IMG/VR virus record: IMGVR_UViG_3300035498_001541
Direction: 5' to 3' (one strand)
Origin: an uncultured virus (IMG/VR IMGVR_UViG_3300035498_001541)
Lineage: Duplodnaviria; Heunggongvirae; Uroviricota; Caudoviricetes
DNA length: 64,000 bases
This document shows, one piece after another, positions 9,799 through 19,606 of this stretch (position 1 is the first letter of the stretch; each line of letters starts with the position of its first letter). The notes below the pieces were generated by a model, which ran no database searches, had not been told where the DNA came from, and worked only from the letters and a program-made list of their open reading frames with translations. A program made the translations under genes and the position numbers.

Positions 9799-10407
9799 CT
9801 AAACAGCAAAATTCTCCAGGTCACGTTTTAAAATTGAGATTGCCTGACTGACAACCTCTTCTGCACTGATAGTCCCCTCTGTGATTACATTCACATCGTA
9901 AGACACATTATCACTTGCGTCCTCCTCAAGCTTGTTCACTACGAAGTTCTTGACAACGCCATGCCGGCTGTTAATAATCACCAAGCTATCAGTATTCACG
10001 CCATTCTTCTTCAAGAAAGCTTCATTATCTTCCTTAGTATGCTTGCCACTGTCAAACCTGAAATAAACTGTGACATTCATTGGCGTGAAAACATGTAACA
10101 CCTCTGTAACATCGTAACTAATTACCCCAATCTCACCATTGGAAAATGCAGAAGCATTTAAAACATCCCTGCACAAATTCTTCCAAGTAACCAGCTTGTT
10201 ACCACCTGTGTAGCTGAAAGCCATAGACGAGATATTACCGATAAACTCAGTCATATCCTCCTCACACTTCTCGCTAATGTTAATCACATTGGAAGACTCT
10301 CCAACAGCAAAAGCAATAGGTCGTAAAGAATTCAACCTAGTCAAAGCTATCTGCCGAATAGAGTTTATTACCCCATCTGCAGTGTACCTATTCAACTTTA
10401 CTATCAT
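9799..10407 (-). CDS. rpoA: RNA polymerase alpha-subunit N-terminal-domain homolog (no alpha-CTD), 202 aa
   Basis: Colinear with the RpoA NTD as recalled: LNRYTADGVINSIRQIALTRL ([21 protein letters not shown]), EEDMTEFIGNI (VEDVTTIILHI), FRFDSGKHTKEDN (AQRGRGYTPADAN), VITEGTISAEEVVSQAISILKRDLENF ([27 protein letters not shown]). ATG 10407 follows AGGAGG. Confidence 0.8.
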   Translation of the reverse strand: MIVKLNRYTADGVINSIRQIALTRLNSLRPIAFAVGESSNVINISEKCEEDMTEFIGNISSMAFSYTGGNKLVTWKNLCRDVLNASAFSNGEIGVISYDVTEVLHVFTPMNVTVYFRFDSGKHTKEDNEAFLKKNGVNTDSLVIINSRHGVVKNFVVNKLEEDASDNVSYDVNVITEGTISAEEVVSQAISILKRDLENFAV

Positions 10408-10999
10408 AGTTACCTCCTGCAATCACTACTTTCTGCAAGCTGTCTGCTTTTCCTTCTTTCATTAAAACAGCAGCCGTAGTGTAGCTATTTATCTTCTTTT
10501 CAATATCTGCAGCACTGTCGCATTCGTTGAAAATATCAGCGTACTCGAAGGACTCCATCTGAGCAAAAATATCTTCTAGCCCTTCTCCGCCATTAGTCAC
10601 ACACTCAACCATGCTGGAGATTTTTGACTTAACCTCATCAAAATCATAAACACTTTCCGGAATCCCAAGGTCAACATCTATTAGGATACGTAGCTGAATA
10701 TCATTCTCGTTATTCACTAGGAACTTCGCCATATCTAAATAGAAATATCTCAGTGTCTTAATAGCGTATGAATAATACTTTCTATTTCCACTGAGATAGC
10801 GTAAAGCATTCACATATTCTGATAGGGGTCGATCATACAAATCAGAGGACACATTAAGATGCACCTGTGATTTCACGTAATTAGAATACCTAATCACTAA
10901 GCCATTCTCAGTAATAGAATACTCAGTACATAATCGGGTATTCTTCTCAGCTGCTGAAATAGCAACCAAGTGATCCACTCTCTCGTATCCTAAATCCAT
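10388..10999 (-). CDS. Hypothetical protein (203 aa)
   Basis: ORF in the operon; no motif recognised. Confidence 0.75.
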   Translation of the reverse strand: MDLGYERVDHLVAISAAEKNTRLCTEYSITENGLVIRYSNYVKSQVHLNVSSDLYDRPLSEYVNALRYLSGNRKYYSYAIKTLRYFYLDMAKFLVNNENDIQLRILIDVDLGIPESVYDFDEVKSKISSMVECVTNGGEGLEDIFAQMESFEYADIFNECDSAADIEKKINSYTTAAVLMKEGKADSLQKVVIAGGNYDSKVE

Positions 11000-11001
11000 T
11001 T

Positions 11002-12036
11002 TTAGAACTCCCTTATGAAACTGTCTAAATCTAATGTTTTTGTTGCTACTCGTGACTGATGCTGCAAATTCCTATCAGCTGCAAACTCCCCACTCGACAG
11101 CTTAGACGACTTCTCTCGCAGCATCTGTTTATCTTCTTCGGAAACAAAAGCCCTCTTAGCCCCAAGACTATTCAAGCTATCCTGGTCTCCGTAAAGTGTA
11201 AGAAATTTGTAAAACTTCTCTTTGTTCACATCATCAAAAAATACAGGCTTAATCTCGACACCTTCTGGCTTCTCTGCCGGATACACAAGCTTCACATTGT
11301 CGTATAGCACTTGAAACTCTTCCGGTGTAAAAAGACCACTGGTGTTGGCAAAAACTAAAGGTGTTTTCCAGAAAGAAGTTATCCAGTAATTATTACCATC
11401 TTCTCTCTGTGAAAGCCACTTAACAAATTCATAGTAAATCTGTTTTCCTTTCATACCATTAGAGAGTTTGATTCCCTTAATCTTGTCAGACGAGCATCCA
11501 CAGAAAGCCTTGTATGCACTGATGGTGTTAAACTTAATAGTCTCACCAATCTCAACTGACTCCACAAAATTTCCCGGATGAATACACCCAACACCCGGAA
11601 CAATGGACTTAAAGCGAACCCCCGGCTGAATACTGTGACACAAGTCATAGTCATTTCCGACAATCACAATATCATCGTATTTACCAACGCAATCTCTCAC
11701 TGCCCAATCGACAATATCATCTGCTTCAAAACCATCATACTTCTCGCACCTAATACCACAGCCAAGCATCCCATCGTAAATAGTCTCAATCTGCCCAATT
11801 ACCTCAGGAGACCTCTGCCGACCAGACTTATAATCCGGATTCATATCTTTCCGAAACGTAGGACTGTCAAAACAGAGCACTACGCTATCTCTGCAACAAA
11901 ACCCAACACACAGCTGACGCATCAGATAGTGGATTCCACCAACAGGATAATTATAGTATCTCCTATCCTTGAAAAACTTGGAATGTGACCCTGTATGAAC
12001 TAAAGCCGAAACATCAATTATCAGCAAATTATTCAC
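11002..12036 (-). CDS. Stand-alone 5'-3' exonuclease / flap endonuclease (Pol I N-terminal, T5 D15-like)
   Basis: LLIID, CFDSPTFRKDMNPDYKSGR, GFEADDIV, GNDYDL and GCSSDKIKGI (H3TH) motifs. Confidence 0.92.
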   Translation of the reverse strand: MNNLLIIDVSALVHTGSHSKFFKDRRYYNYPVGGIHYLMRQLCVGFCCRDSVVLCFDSPTFRKDMNPDYKSGRQRSPEVIGQIETIYDGMLGCGIRCEKYDGFEADDIVDWAVRDCVGKYDDIVIVGNDYDLCHSIQPGVRFKSIVPGVGCIHPGNFVESVEIGETIKFNTISAYKAFCGCSSDKIKGIKLSNGMKGKQIYYEFVKWLSQREDGNNYWITSFWKTPLVFANTSGLFTPEEFQVLYDNVKLVYPAEKPEGVEIKPVFFDDVNKEKFYKFLTLYGDQDSLNSLGAKRAFVSEEDKQMLREKSSKLSSGEFAADRNLQHQSRVATKTLDLDSFIREF

Positions 12037-13288
12037 TTATCTTACCTCCAATAGGTATCAGTGTATCAAGCAAAGCATCAATATCGCTGAGGTTCTGCTT
12101 CAAAGCATTCACATCTTCATCAGACTTCGCAATACGAGAATCCCCCTCCAAAACAAAGTTCATCAGAGAATCATCAAACAACGCTAAGCTCTGGTCATTC
12201 ACACCAATAATACCAATATCCTTTAATTCAAATGCAACATCAGAAAGCCTACCCTTGCACCCAAGTTTCTTTAAGAAAAACTCGGACGTCACACTGCTAA
12301 TCTTGCTACGCAAGTCAACAAGCATCCTAAAACTTTCCTCTGTCAATTCATCCAAATCAAGTGTCCCATTGTCAAAGGCTGTAACAAAAAACTGCCGGAC
12401 ACTAGCACTGCAATCATCCAGAATACCAAGTGCTTTATCAGCAGTAAACTTTTTCACTTTCACAACCTTACCGGAAGAAACAAACTCATTCATACACTGT
12501 TTGTACTTCTCAGTCTCTTCTCTACACTCATTAATCACAGCGTAGAGCACATTGGGATTGCGTTTATCCTTTACACTATCAAAAAGATTATAGACAATAT
12601 AAGTAATGCTGCTTGGCTTCCTCATAATAAGGTCAAAGAACGAAATACCGAAAACCATCTTACCGCCTGTTGCCCTTTCGGCACAATGCTTAATACAGTC
12701 TTCAATAAAATCTTGTCTGTCCGCAAAGTATTGCAAAGCATTTTTCTGATTCCCGCTCAAATGAATACTCTTTTCATCTGTCATGATAGAATCAGGAACA
12801 CACTTTGTCATACCGTAAGCTTCAGCCCATTCTGCCATAGTATCAACACTGGAATCTGTCAATCCTTTGTAAATCTTTTTCACTACATCAGAAATCTCAC
12901 CAATGCTAAACTCGCTTGAGCTAAATTCGCTCATCACTTTCTCAGACAAATCTTTGGAAACCTCTTTCCACTTTCCATTCTTTGAATTCCTAACCACAAG
13001 AGCCAGCACTTCATTACGCACTTCCTGTGCAAGCTGTACTACCAAGGTCTCTGGTTCTCCATCAATACTTCCATGTACTACCATACAGAAAGGTGTTAAG
13101 TCTTCACTTACCTTTCTTACCTTAGGCAACTCATACTGACAAACACTGCTAACCTTCTTTAGATAGATAAACTCTTTTCTAACATCGCTAGAGGCTGTAG
13201 ACAAATACTGTTGTAGTAACTCCTTGTCATCCTCAAGCAGCATAATAATCATAGGAGCAGGAAGCCCCCAAAAACTACCTATTCGCAT
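12029..13288 (-). CDS. Hypothetical protein (419 aa)
   Basis: Long ORF with GGAGG SD; no motif recognised. Confidence 0.8.
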   Translation of the reverse strand: MRIGSFWGLPAPMIIMLLEDDKELLQQYLSTASSDVRKEFIYLKKVSSVCQYELPKVRKVSEDLTPFCMVVHGSIDGEPETLVVQLAQEVRNEVLALVVRNSKNGKWKEVSKDLSEKVMSEFSSSEFSIGEISDVVKKIYKGLTDSSVDTMAEWAEAYGMTKCVPDSIMTDEKSIHLSGNQKNALQYFADRQDFIEDCIKHCAERATGGKMVFGISFFDLIMRKPSSITYIVYNLFDSVKDKRNPNVLYAVINECREETEKYKQCMNEFVSSGKVVKVKKFTADKALGILDDCSASVRQFFVTAFDNGTLDLDELTEESFRMLVDLRSKISSVTSEFFLKKLGCKGRLSDVAFELKDIGIIGVNDQSLALFDDSLMNFVLEGDSRIAKSDEDVNALKQNLSDIDALLDTLIPIGGKISE

Positions 13289-13345
13289 ACTTTACCTCCA
13301 AACACTTAACTATACGCACACCGCATCAAAACATAGGTGTAGACT

Positions 13346-14617
13346 TTAAAGCAAGGACACAGTAAAATCACACAGAAATTTTGATTTTGAACTCTGCACA
13401 TCATCACTGCTGATTGCGTATTTTTTACTAACGCTCTTCAGAAATTTGGAAGCATCTTTCTTACTGCTAAAGCTTCCTGTCACCTCAACTGTTGAAGACT
13501 CCACAGTAAAGTTTACATCTTTTGGTGTGCCACACTTCACAATATCACTAATCACTTGATAGCTTGACAACTGAGTGTCTGTGCCCTCCACAATCTTGTA
13601 AGCCTCAACCTGCGATACATTTTCGTTGTACTGTGTGCTCAGACTATTATAAGAGAGCTGCTTGTTCACGAGAGCATTGTTAAGATAACGCTCCCCAATA
13701 AAAGAGCCCATAATCAGAATCAGCTCAACCAGAATCAGAAACATGGAGAGACCATTAGGAAGCCCAAACTTTTTCTTTTTCTTCTTTTGCTTCTCCTCAT
13801 CATTGCCAATCTTTTCTTTCTTTGGCTTAGGCTGCTTCTTTGGCTGTTGCTTTGGTTGCTGCTTCGGCTGTGGCTTTTTCTTAGGCTCAACTTTCTCCTC
13901 CGGAATACTTAAATCCTCGAAAGTTTCTACCTCCTGAGTAGGCATTACAGGAATAGACTCGGGCTCCACAACCTCATCATTGCTAAACTGAAGGTTTCGA
14001 ATATTTCCTAAGCTAAAAGCCTTGTCAGTCATAGCAAAGCCAAAAACAGTAAGCTCTATTAAAGCCTTTCTGTCTCCCATCAAAGCTTCTGCATTTGCAA
14101 AATAGGAAACCAGCTCATTGGAAATGTAAGAATTAAGATTTACAACATTGGAAATCTGATACCGGTTGCGCATAGCTGCAACTGTATTGTACAAATTATC
14201 CTGCGTACAAATCTCCACGCATGAATCATTACCATTGACAGCAATGATATTGAATTTGTTATCAATCTCCTCGATTGCAATAAGCGGACCACCAAGACTA
14301 GCATACAAACTTGCATACTCAATAACCTCATAGTCACCTATCTGAAGCACCTCAAGAAGATGCACAATTGCATCCCGGTCTGACTTACTCTCCACATAGT
14401 ACAATCCATTGATTCCAACGGAATTTGCTGTCTCCCTGCTCTGCACCAGTCCATGGTTAATAACAATAACTTCATCAATTGGTAAACCAGACATTTTTGC
14501 ATAGAGCTCATCAATAAAGTTATCTGTATAGTCAAAATCCTCCATACCTACAACATAGCGGTCTTTTGTAAACAGAGTCACCACATTGTCAGAGAGGTCA
14601 ATATAAAATCTATTCAA
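13346..14617 (-). CDS. Bitopic membrane protein, PilM/PilN-like fusion candidate
   Basis: TTG 14617 after AAGGAGG. Cytoplasmic N-domain, K/P/Q linker, one TM, coiled coil, then C-terminal VEVTGSFSSKKDASKFLKSV...FTVSLL resembling PilN. Lies next to a PilB-like ATPase. Confidence 0.55.
   Translation of the reverse strand: MNRFYIDLSDNVVTLFTKDRYVVGMEDFDYTDNFIDELYAKMSGLPIDEVIVINHGLVQSRETANSVGINGLYYVESKSDRDAIVHLLEVLQIGDYEVIEYASLYASLGGPLIAIEEIDNKFNIIAVNGNDSCVEICTQDNLYNTVAAMRNRYQISNVVNLNSYISNELVSYFANAEALMGDRKALIELTVFGFAMTDKAFSLGNIRNLQFSNDEVVEPESIPVMPTQEVETFEDLSIPEEKVEPKKKPQPKQQPKQQPKKQPKPKKEKIGNDEEKQKKKKKKFGLPNGLSMFLILVELILIMGSFIGERYLNNALVNKQLSYNSLSTQYNENVSQVEAYKIVEGTDTQLSSYQVISDIVKCGTPKDVNFTVESSTVEVTGSFSSKKDASKFLKSVSKKYAISSDDVQSSKSKFLCDFTVSLL
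13825..13885 (-). repeat. Degenerate 12-bp tandem repeat encoding (PKQQ)n
   Basis: Protein KKKPQPKQQPKQQPKKQPKPKK. Confidence 0.7.
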
Positions 14618-14630
14618 TTTTCCTTCCTCC

Positions 14631-15221
14631 TTATTCATAAGAATTTGTAGAAGGACCTTCTGAGTCATCATCTACATCAGTACTGTCAGACGAAGTATCT
14701 GTGCTCTCCGTTGAGACATCGTCTGGAGTACTAAATACTGTGGCAATTACCAGCGTTGCTGATTTATCTCCGCAATCGATAATCATTGAGTCAGTTACTA
14801 AAGCTGATTCTTTCAATGATGCTACAAACTTACTCAAATCTGTAAGCTTCAGCTGAAAAGACATCTTCTTTGTTTCCTCACTGAAAAACTCAACATCATC
14901 TGGAGTGGAAACCTCTGAACACTCGAAAGTCTCGCCATCCTTAATTGCCAAAGACTTAATACTCTGAAGCTCTGCACCATCCAAATTATTCACTGCCAAA
15001 GCAATATCATAATTTGTGTCAAAGTCAAGACTGTCATACTTCTCCTGGTAATCTGCCAACTCTGAATCAACTGATGCAATCTGGTCTTTGATAGTCTGTA
15101 TCTCTTGCTTTACGCTGACGATACCATTCTTCAACTCCAGGATTGAACTTACCTTTGGCTGTACAACAACGACAGTAGCTACAGTGACAACTGCTAAAAG
15201 AATAGTTGGAAACTTAATCAT
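14631..15221 (-). CDS. PilO-like membrane protein (N-terminal TM, coiled coil, small alpha/beta domain)
   Basis: TM ILLAVVTVATVVVVQP, heptad stretch, FQLKLTDLSKFVASLKES resembling PilO; context with PilB-like ATPase. Confidence 0.5.
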   Translation of the reverse strand: MIKFPTILLAVVTVATVVVVQPKVSSILELKNGIVSVKQEIQTIKDQIASVDSELADYQEKYDSLDFDTNYDIALAVNNLDGAELQSIKSLAIKDGETFECSEVSTPDDVEFFSEETKKMSFQLKLTDLSKFVASLKESALVTDSMIIDCGDKSATLVIATVFSTPDDVSTESTDTSSDSTDVDDDSEGPSTNSYE

Positions 15222-15724
15222 ATTATATCCACCTCCACATTAGATGCCTTTCTCTCTTTACCCTCAACCGGAACATAGTCAGTCGGCATCGTTTCAACAT
15301 TGGTAGTCAGCTGTGACATATCAACATGAGCTCTTTCAATCACAGAACCATGAATTACGATTGGGTCAATACCTCCCTCAATAGCATCCATAATTACAAG
15401 CATAAAACTTGTATCTGGCTCAACCGAATATGTCAATGTTCCATTCTTAATCCGGCTAAATGTGGAATTGTTTCTGGAAACAGGTTTGCTCTTCGGCGCA
15501 GAAACTTTCTGTACCGGCTCTGCACTAGTCCACTCCTCAGTCACAGCACTCGGCTGGCTTCTTTGCACCTGTCTTGTCCTCTGTCCAGCTCCCTGTCTTG
15601 CCCCACCACTCCTTGTAGCACGTTTTGGCTCCTCGGTACTACTCTCTCTATTTGTGCGTAAATTTCTTCTACGACCTGTATCACTCGAAGGTGTAGAATC
15701 CTCTACTGGTCTTCTTCTAGTCAT
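15218..15724 (-). CDS. Hypothetical protein with Arg-rich disordered N-terminus (168 aa)
   Basis: AGGAGG SD; low-complexity N-half. Confidence 0.75.
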   Translation of the reverse strand: MTRRRPVEDSTPSSDTGRRRNLRTNRESSTEEPKRATRSGGARQGAGQRTRQVQRSQPSAVTEEWTSAEPVQKVSAPKSKPVSRNNSTFSRIKNGTLTYSVEPDTSFMLVIMDAIEGGIDPIVIHGSVIERAHVDMSQLTTNVETMPTDYVPVEGKERKASNVEVDII

Positions 15725-15744
15725 AATAACCTCCTATCTCATAT

Positions 15745-17331
15745 CTACAAAATACTATCCAGATTGTATGGATTAAATACTTCTGAACGAACTGCTTCTG
15801 TAAGGGAATCCTCGAAAGAGTTCCTATTCTTAATCACAGTCTCTTTCAGCACTTTCTCCATCTGGTAAGGCTGTTCGCACTCAAGCAACTTATCAGTAAG
15901 TTCACTGTCAAACTCTAAAAACTCAACGTATGGTTGGTCTTTACCAGGTACATTGCCAGTATTCTTACACCTTTCACAGCCATGATTCACACTGACACTA
16001 ACCACACCACGTTTCTTCAGAAACTCAGCAATATTTCTATCAAGCGTATCTACAAGAACCTTGTCCTTACAATACGGGCAGGGAACTTGATACATCTTCT
16101 GATTAAAGACACCATTAATCTGTGAAATAATATTCTTGTATTCTTCCCCATAGTATTCTTTCAACTTGTAAGGCAGATGCCAAATTCTATCCACGTGCAT
16201 AGTAGTGATTACATACACAGAAGAATTCACCAAATCCTGTACAGCGAAAGCTACCTCCTTGTTAGGCAACTCGTTAATAAAAGCCACGTTAATATCCTGC
16301 TTCTTTGCTAAACGAACAGCCTCCAACAACTCCTCCGGTTCCCCACCATAGTCAATCTGTGTGAATGGCATAAGAACCTCAATAGGATACTCATAGCTCA
16401 CAATCTTGATTGGCTGCTTTGTCAACTCATTAGCAAGAGCAAAAGCAGTGGTGTTCTTACCGGTACGAATTGCACCTGTAATAAACACAATTCCAGAACG
16501 CTTCTTAATCATATCCCTTAAAGCACTCTGTACAGTCTGAGAAAATCCTAACCGGTCAATGGTAAAGTTAAACGTCTCCTTCTTCTGAATACGAATAACA
16601 CACTGCCAGCCATCCAGCACTTTATTTGCCGCGATACGCAACTCAACTGCATTATTACCCAATGGGTCATTTGACATAGCAGTTACACCAGCCGGTGTAA
16701 TCAAATCCAGACTGTTAGCATTTGTCTTGTTCTCAATCAATGAACTGATAATAGACCTGTTAAGCTCTGCATCCAACTCAAAGAGCTCCATCTCGTAAAG
16801 CATACCATTCACCCTGTATTTTACAGGATACCGAATCACACCAAGCATAGGATGCTCTACACAGAAATGTAAATCTGTAGCACCTAAAGACAGAGCCTCC
16901 AGAAGAATCCTCTTAAACAGAATAGTTCTGTTGAAAACTTCAAACTTCTTATCCGGATCTTCTAAACACTTGAAATTGTATGGTGTTACAGCAATAAACT
17001 TCACGTCGCATTTATCCATCTCCAACTCAATGGCATTCTTGTCCACATCATCAAAGAAGGAATAGTATACTGTACACTTTGTATTCTGCCGTACAACTTT
17101 CACAGAGTACCGCTTTTCAATCCTGTTTACATCCGGATCAAAATCTTGCTCCAAACTCTCTACTGATAGCACCGGGTCTTCACACACTACTTCCAAATTA
17201 GCTATGATTGATGCTCTCGGACAAAACTTATACATCTCAAGAATCATCAACTGTTCTTCTAATTCTGTGATAGCCTCGTCTGTGAAGATTCTTAGTACCT
17301 CAGGAGTCCTAATAAAATCTTCTATCCTCAA
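15745..17331 (-). CDS. Type II/IV secretion (PilB/GspE-family) ATPase, divergent
   Basis: GATDLHF, YRVNGML, Walker A GAIRTGKNTT, Asp-box SYEYPIE, KQDINVAFINE, His-box TTMH, Zn motif CPYC...GCERC. Confidence 0.88.
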   Translation of the reverse strand: MRIEDFIRTPEVLRIFTDEAITELEEQLMILEMYKFCPRASIIANLEVVCEDPVLSVESLEQDFDPDVNRIEKRYSVKVVRQNTKCTVYYSFFDDVDKNAIELEMDKCDVKFIAVTPYNFKCLEDPDKKFEVFNRTILFKRILLEALSLGATDLHFCVEHPMLGVIRYPVKYRVNGMLYEMELFELDAELNRSIISSLIENKTNANSLDLITPAGVTAMSNDPLGNNAVELRIAANKVLDGWQCVIRIQKKETFNFTIDRLGFSQTVQSALRDMIKKRSGIVFITGAIRTGKNTTAFALANELTKQPIKIVSYEYPIEVLMPFTQIDYGGEPEELLEAVRLAKKQDINVAFINELPNKEVAFAVQDLVNSSVYVITTMHVDRIWHLPYKLKEYYGEEYKNIISQINGVFNQKMYQVPCPYCKDKVLVDTLDRNIAEFLKKRGVVSVSVNHGCERCKNTGNVPGKDQPYVEFLEFDSELTDKLLECEQPYQMEKVLKETVIKNRNSFEDSLTEAVRSEVFNPYNLDSIL

Positions 17332-18074
17332 AATATTCTCCCCTTAATCTCGTTTATACAGGACATGTACAAACACCTTGACTTAGCATCCAGCCTATTC
17401 ACTTGTTCCATAATGCGTATCAAAAGCCTATCGGAAGGCTCTTGTTTCTTCTCTCGTATCAGAAGCTCCCTAAAGTCTGCAACAAGCTGATTCTGCTCCT
17501 TGTACTTGTTCCATACAATATCAAACTGTAATGTATCCTCAAGAGAATCCACCATATGCACAGTTTCAAAAATCTCCGGAATAAAAGATGGAACAATCGG
17601 AACAAAATTTAAGGTAGGTGAACTAAACTCACCTACCTTGGCTTTTGGCTTCTCATGCAAAATATACGGCTCATAGTTATCAAGCAGGATGCTACCGTAA
17701 ATCATCTTATTTATCACTGTATCTGAAATATACTCAATGTTTGGGTGCAGACTAAAGTTTAGATTCTTAAACTTTCTTGCTACCTGTTCAAGCCCAGTTA
17801 TAGGTCCTCTGCACACAACAACAAACTTCTTACCAGATTCAAGTAAATTACACTTTCTGATAAACTCAATCAGTCCTCTGTATTCGGTTGAGCCCGTTCT
17901 TGGCATTTCCTCGTACACCACAGCATACCCCAAAATAGCTGTCACATTAGCATACATCAATCCCTTGCAAGCTCTCTCGGGATTCCCATACCCATGAATA
18001 GCAAAAGAGAACTTTTCAGCCTCATCAAAAAGTGCATCTAAATAATCCGGACTGATTACAAAAATTGACTTCAT
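17328..18074 (-). CDS. Hypothetical protein, possible pseudo-receiver N-terminal domain (248 aa)
   Basis: ATG 18074 after AGGAGG. Pattern EEMP...GLIEFIRK...KFVVV loosely resembles a REC fold with no phospho-acceptor Asp. Confidence 0.7.
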   Translation of the reverse strand: MKSIFVISPDYLDALFDEAEKFSFAIHGYGNPERACKGLMYANVTAILGYAVVYEEMPRTGSTEYRGLIEFIRKCNLLESGKKFVVVCRGPITGLEQVARKFKNLNFSLHPNIEYISDTVINKMIYGSILLDNYEPYILHEKPKAKVGEFSSPTLNFVPIVPSFIPEIFETVHMVDSLEDTLQFDIVWNKYKEQNQLVADFRELLIREKKQEPSDRLLIRIMEQVNRLDAKSRCLYMSCINEIKGRIF

Positions 18075-18082
18075 AAACCCTC

Positions 18083-19597
18083 CTAATTTTGCACTTGTAG
18101 TTTCAGTTTCCATGAGAAGAAAGGCTTCAGTAAAACATACTGACCAAAGTTCAAGCGATAATCGCTTTGAATCTCAAAATCTTCCCAAGAATACTTGTAA
18201 CCATAGTTGGTATTACGTTCCTTAATTGCACCAATAATCTGTTTACGCAGAAGCACAATAGGAACAGAGCTCCCTGCAAACTCATTGTATCTTGCAATAT
18301 CTCTAAACAATGCCTCGTCCGGGTACTGATAGTCCCAGTCAATCACAATAGGCTCGTTATCGACACCTTGGATTGAAAACTTCTCATCAATTCTTCTCAA
18401 ATCAATCAAGAACTCGTTGAAATCAAGAAAATTTATCTTGATACCAAAAGCTGCATTGTGCCCCTCTGCAAAACAAATCTGTTTAAATACCGGCAGATAG
18501 CTCCTACCAAACAAATCTCGGACACTCCCCTTGTATTTGTCCTTCATAGAGCAAACAACAACAGCAGTCTTACCGAAACGCTCTGAAAGCTGATTGGCAA
18601 CTAACCCTGTATAGTTCCAAAGCTTATTCAGCTCCACACTAATATACTGGTCTACTGAAGCTAAATCAGCAACCACGAAATTATTCATTTCCTTTACTGT
18701 AATGATATCGCTGACCTTTCCAATCATCTTTCGTGCCCCGGTGTAAATATCCTCAATAGCCTCAAGACACTTGGATTTCACCATCACATCGCTATCAACC
18801 AAAAACATCTGATTGATACACTCGAACTCTTCTGCTCTAAAACAGGCGTTGATTCTTGGTGAAAACCAATACCCAAAATATCTTGCATTAAACCTGTTGT
18901 ACTCCCCCAGAAAGTAAGTAACAGGCTTCGGCAATTCATCAATTGGCATATGTACACCAACGTAATAGATAGCACGATTTAAACTATTGTGCATATCCAT
19001 CACATCAGCAAACAGACTAACCGCAGCGTATGCAGCGAACTGGTATGGGAAAGGTCTGCCAAGCTCTTTGTACAGCAAATCCATCACAGTAAAGCACAAA
19101 GCGCCAGCACTTAGCCTATACTTGTCCTCATACCGATTTTCAATCATAGTATTCAATACAGCGAAGTCATCCCCATAATCTTCATAATTCATAGAAGTCA
19201 TATGGTGGTCAAGAATAATCACCTTAATTCCGTATGAATTTAAAGACTTTAAAATACCATAATCATTTGAACCTGCATCAGTAACAATAAAGTAATCATA
19301 GTGCCCTTGAATACACTGGCTGATAGCTACTCGGTCGACATTGTGAGACCTCTTACGATATTTATACATTCGCAGATTTTTTACACCAAGCTCAGTTAAG
19401 CCATCCTTCATAATGCAGGCACACATCAAGCCATCAACGTCATAATCGCTCTCGACATACACTGACCTTTGGTTCTCCACAATATCTATCAAGAAATCCC
19501 GAACTTTTGGCCAGTTATGATAATTTGGAGACTCATACTCCTCTTCCTTAAGAACGTCAAGTAACCCTGCATCCTCTAAAGCTTTATAGAAATCCAT
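18083..19597 (-). CDS. recJ: RecJ-like ssDNA 5'-3' exonuclease (DHH/DHHA1)
   Basis: DYDVDG, TDAG, ILDHH, LSAGAL, ADVM, PRINA, GSVR and GHNAAFG motifs. Confidence 0.92.
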   Translation of the reverse strand: MDFYKALEDAGLLDVLKEEEYESPNYHNWPKVRDFLIDIVENQRSVYVESDYDVDGLMCACIMKDGLTELGVKNLRMYKYRKRSHNVDRVAISQCIQGHYDYFIVTDAGSNDYGILKSLNSYGIKVIILDHHMTSMNYEDYGDDFAVLNTMIENRYEDKYRLSAGALCFTVMDLLYKELGRPFPYQFAAYAAVSLFADVMDMHNSLNRAIYYVGVHMPIDELPKPVTYFLGEYNRFNARYFGYWFSPRINACFRAEEFECINQMFLVDSDVMVKSKCLEAIEDIYTGARKMIGKVSDIITVKEMNNFVVADLASVDQYISVELNKLWNYTGLVANQLSERFGKTAVVVCSMKDKYKGSVRDLFGRSYLPVFKQICFAEGHNAAFGIKINFLDFNEFLIDLRRIDEKFSIQGVDNEPIVIDWDYQYPDEALFRDIARYNEFAGSSVPIVLLRKQIIGAIKERNTNYGYKYSWEDFEIQSDYRLNFGQYVLLKPFFSWKLKLQVQN

Positions 19598-19606
19598 AAC
19601 AACCCT

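Noticed and set aside
9799..10407. Host chromosomal alpha operon
   Set aside because: No ribosomal protein neighbours, no CTD, and far more divergent than any housekeeping RpoA.
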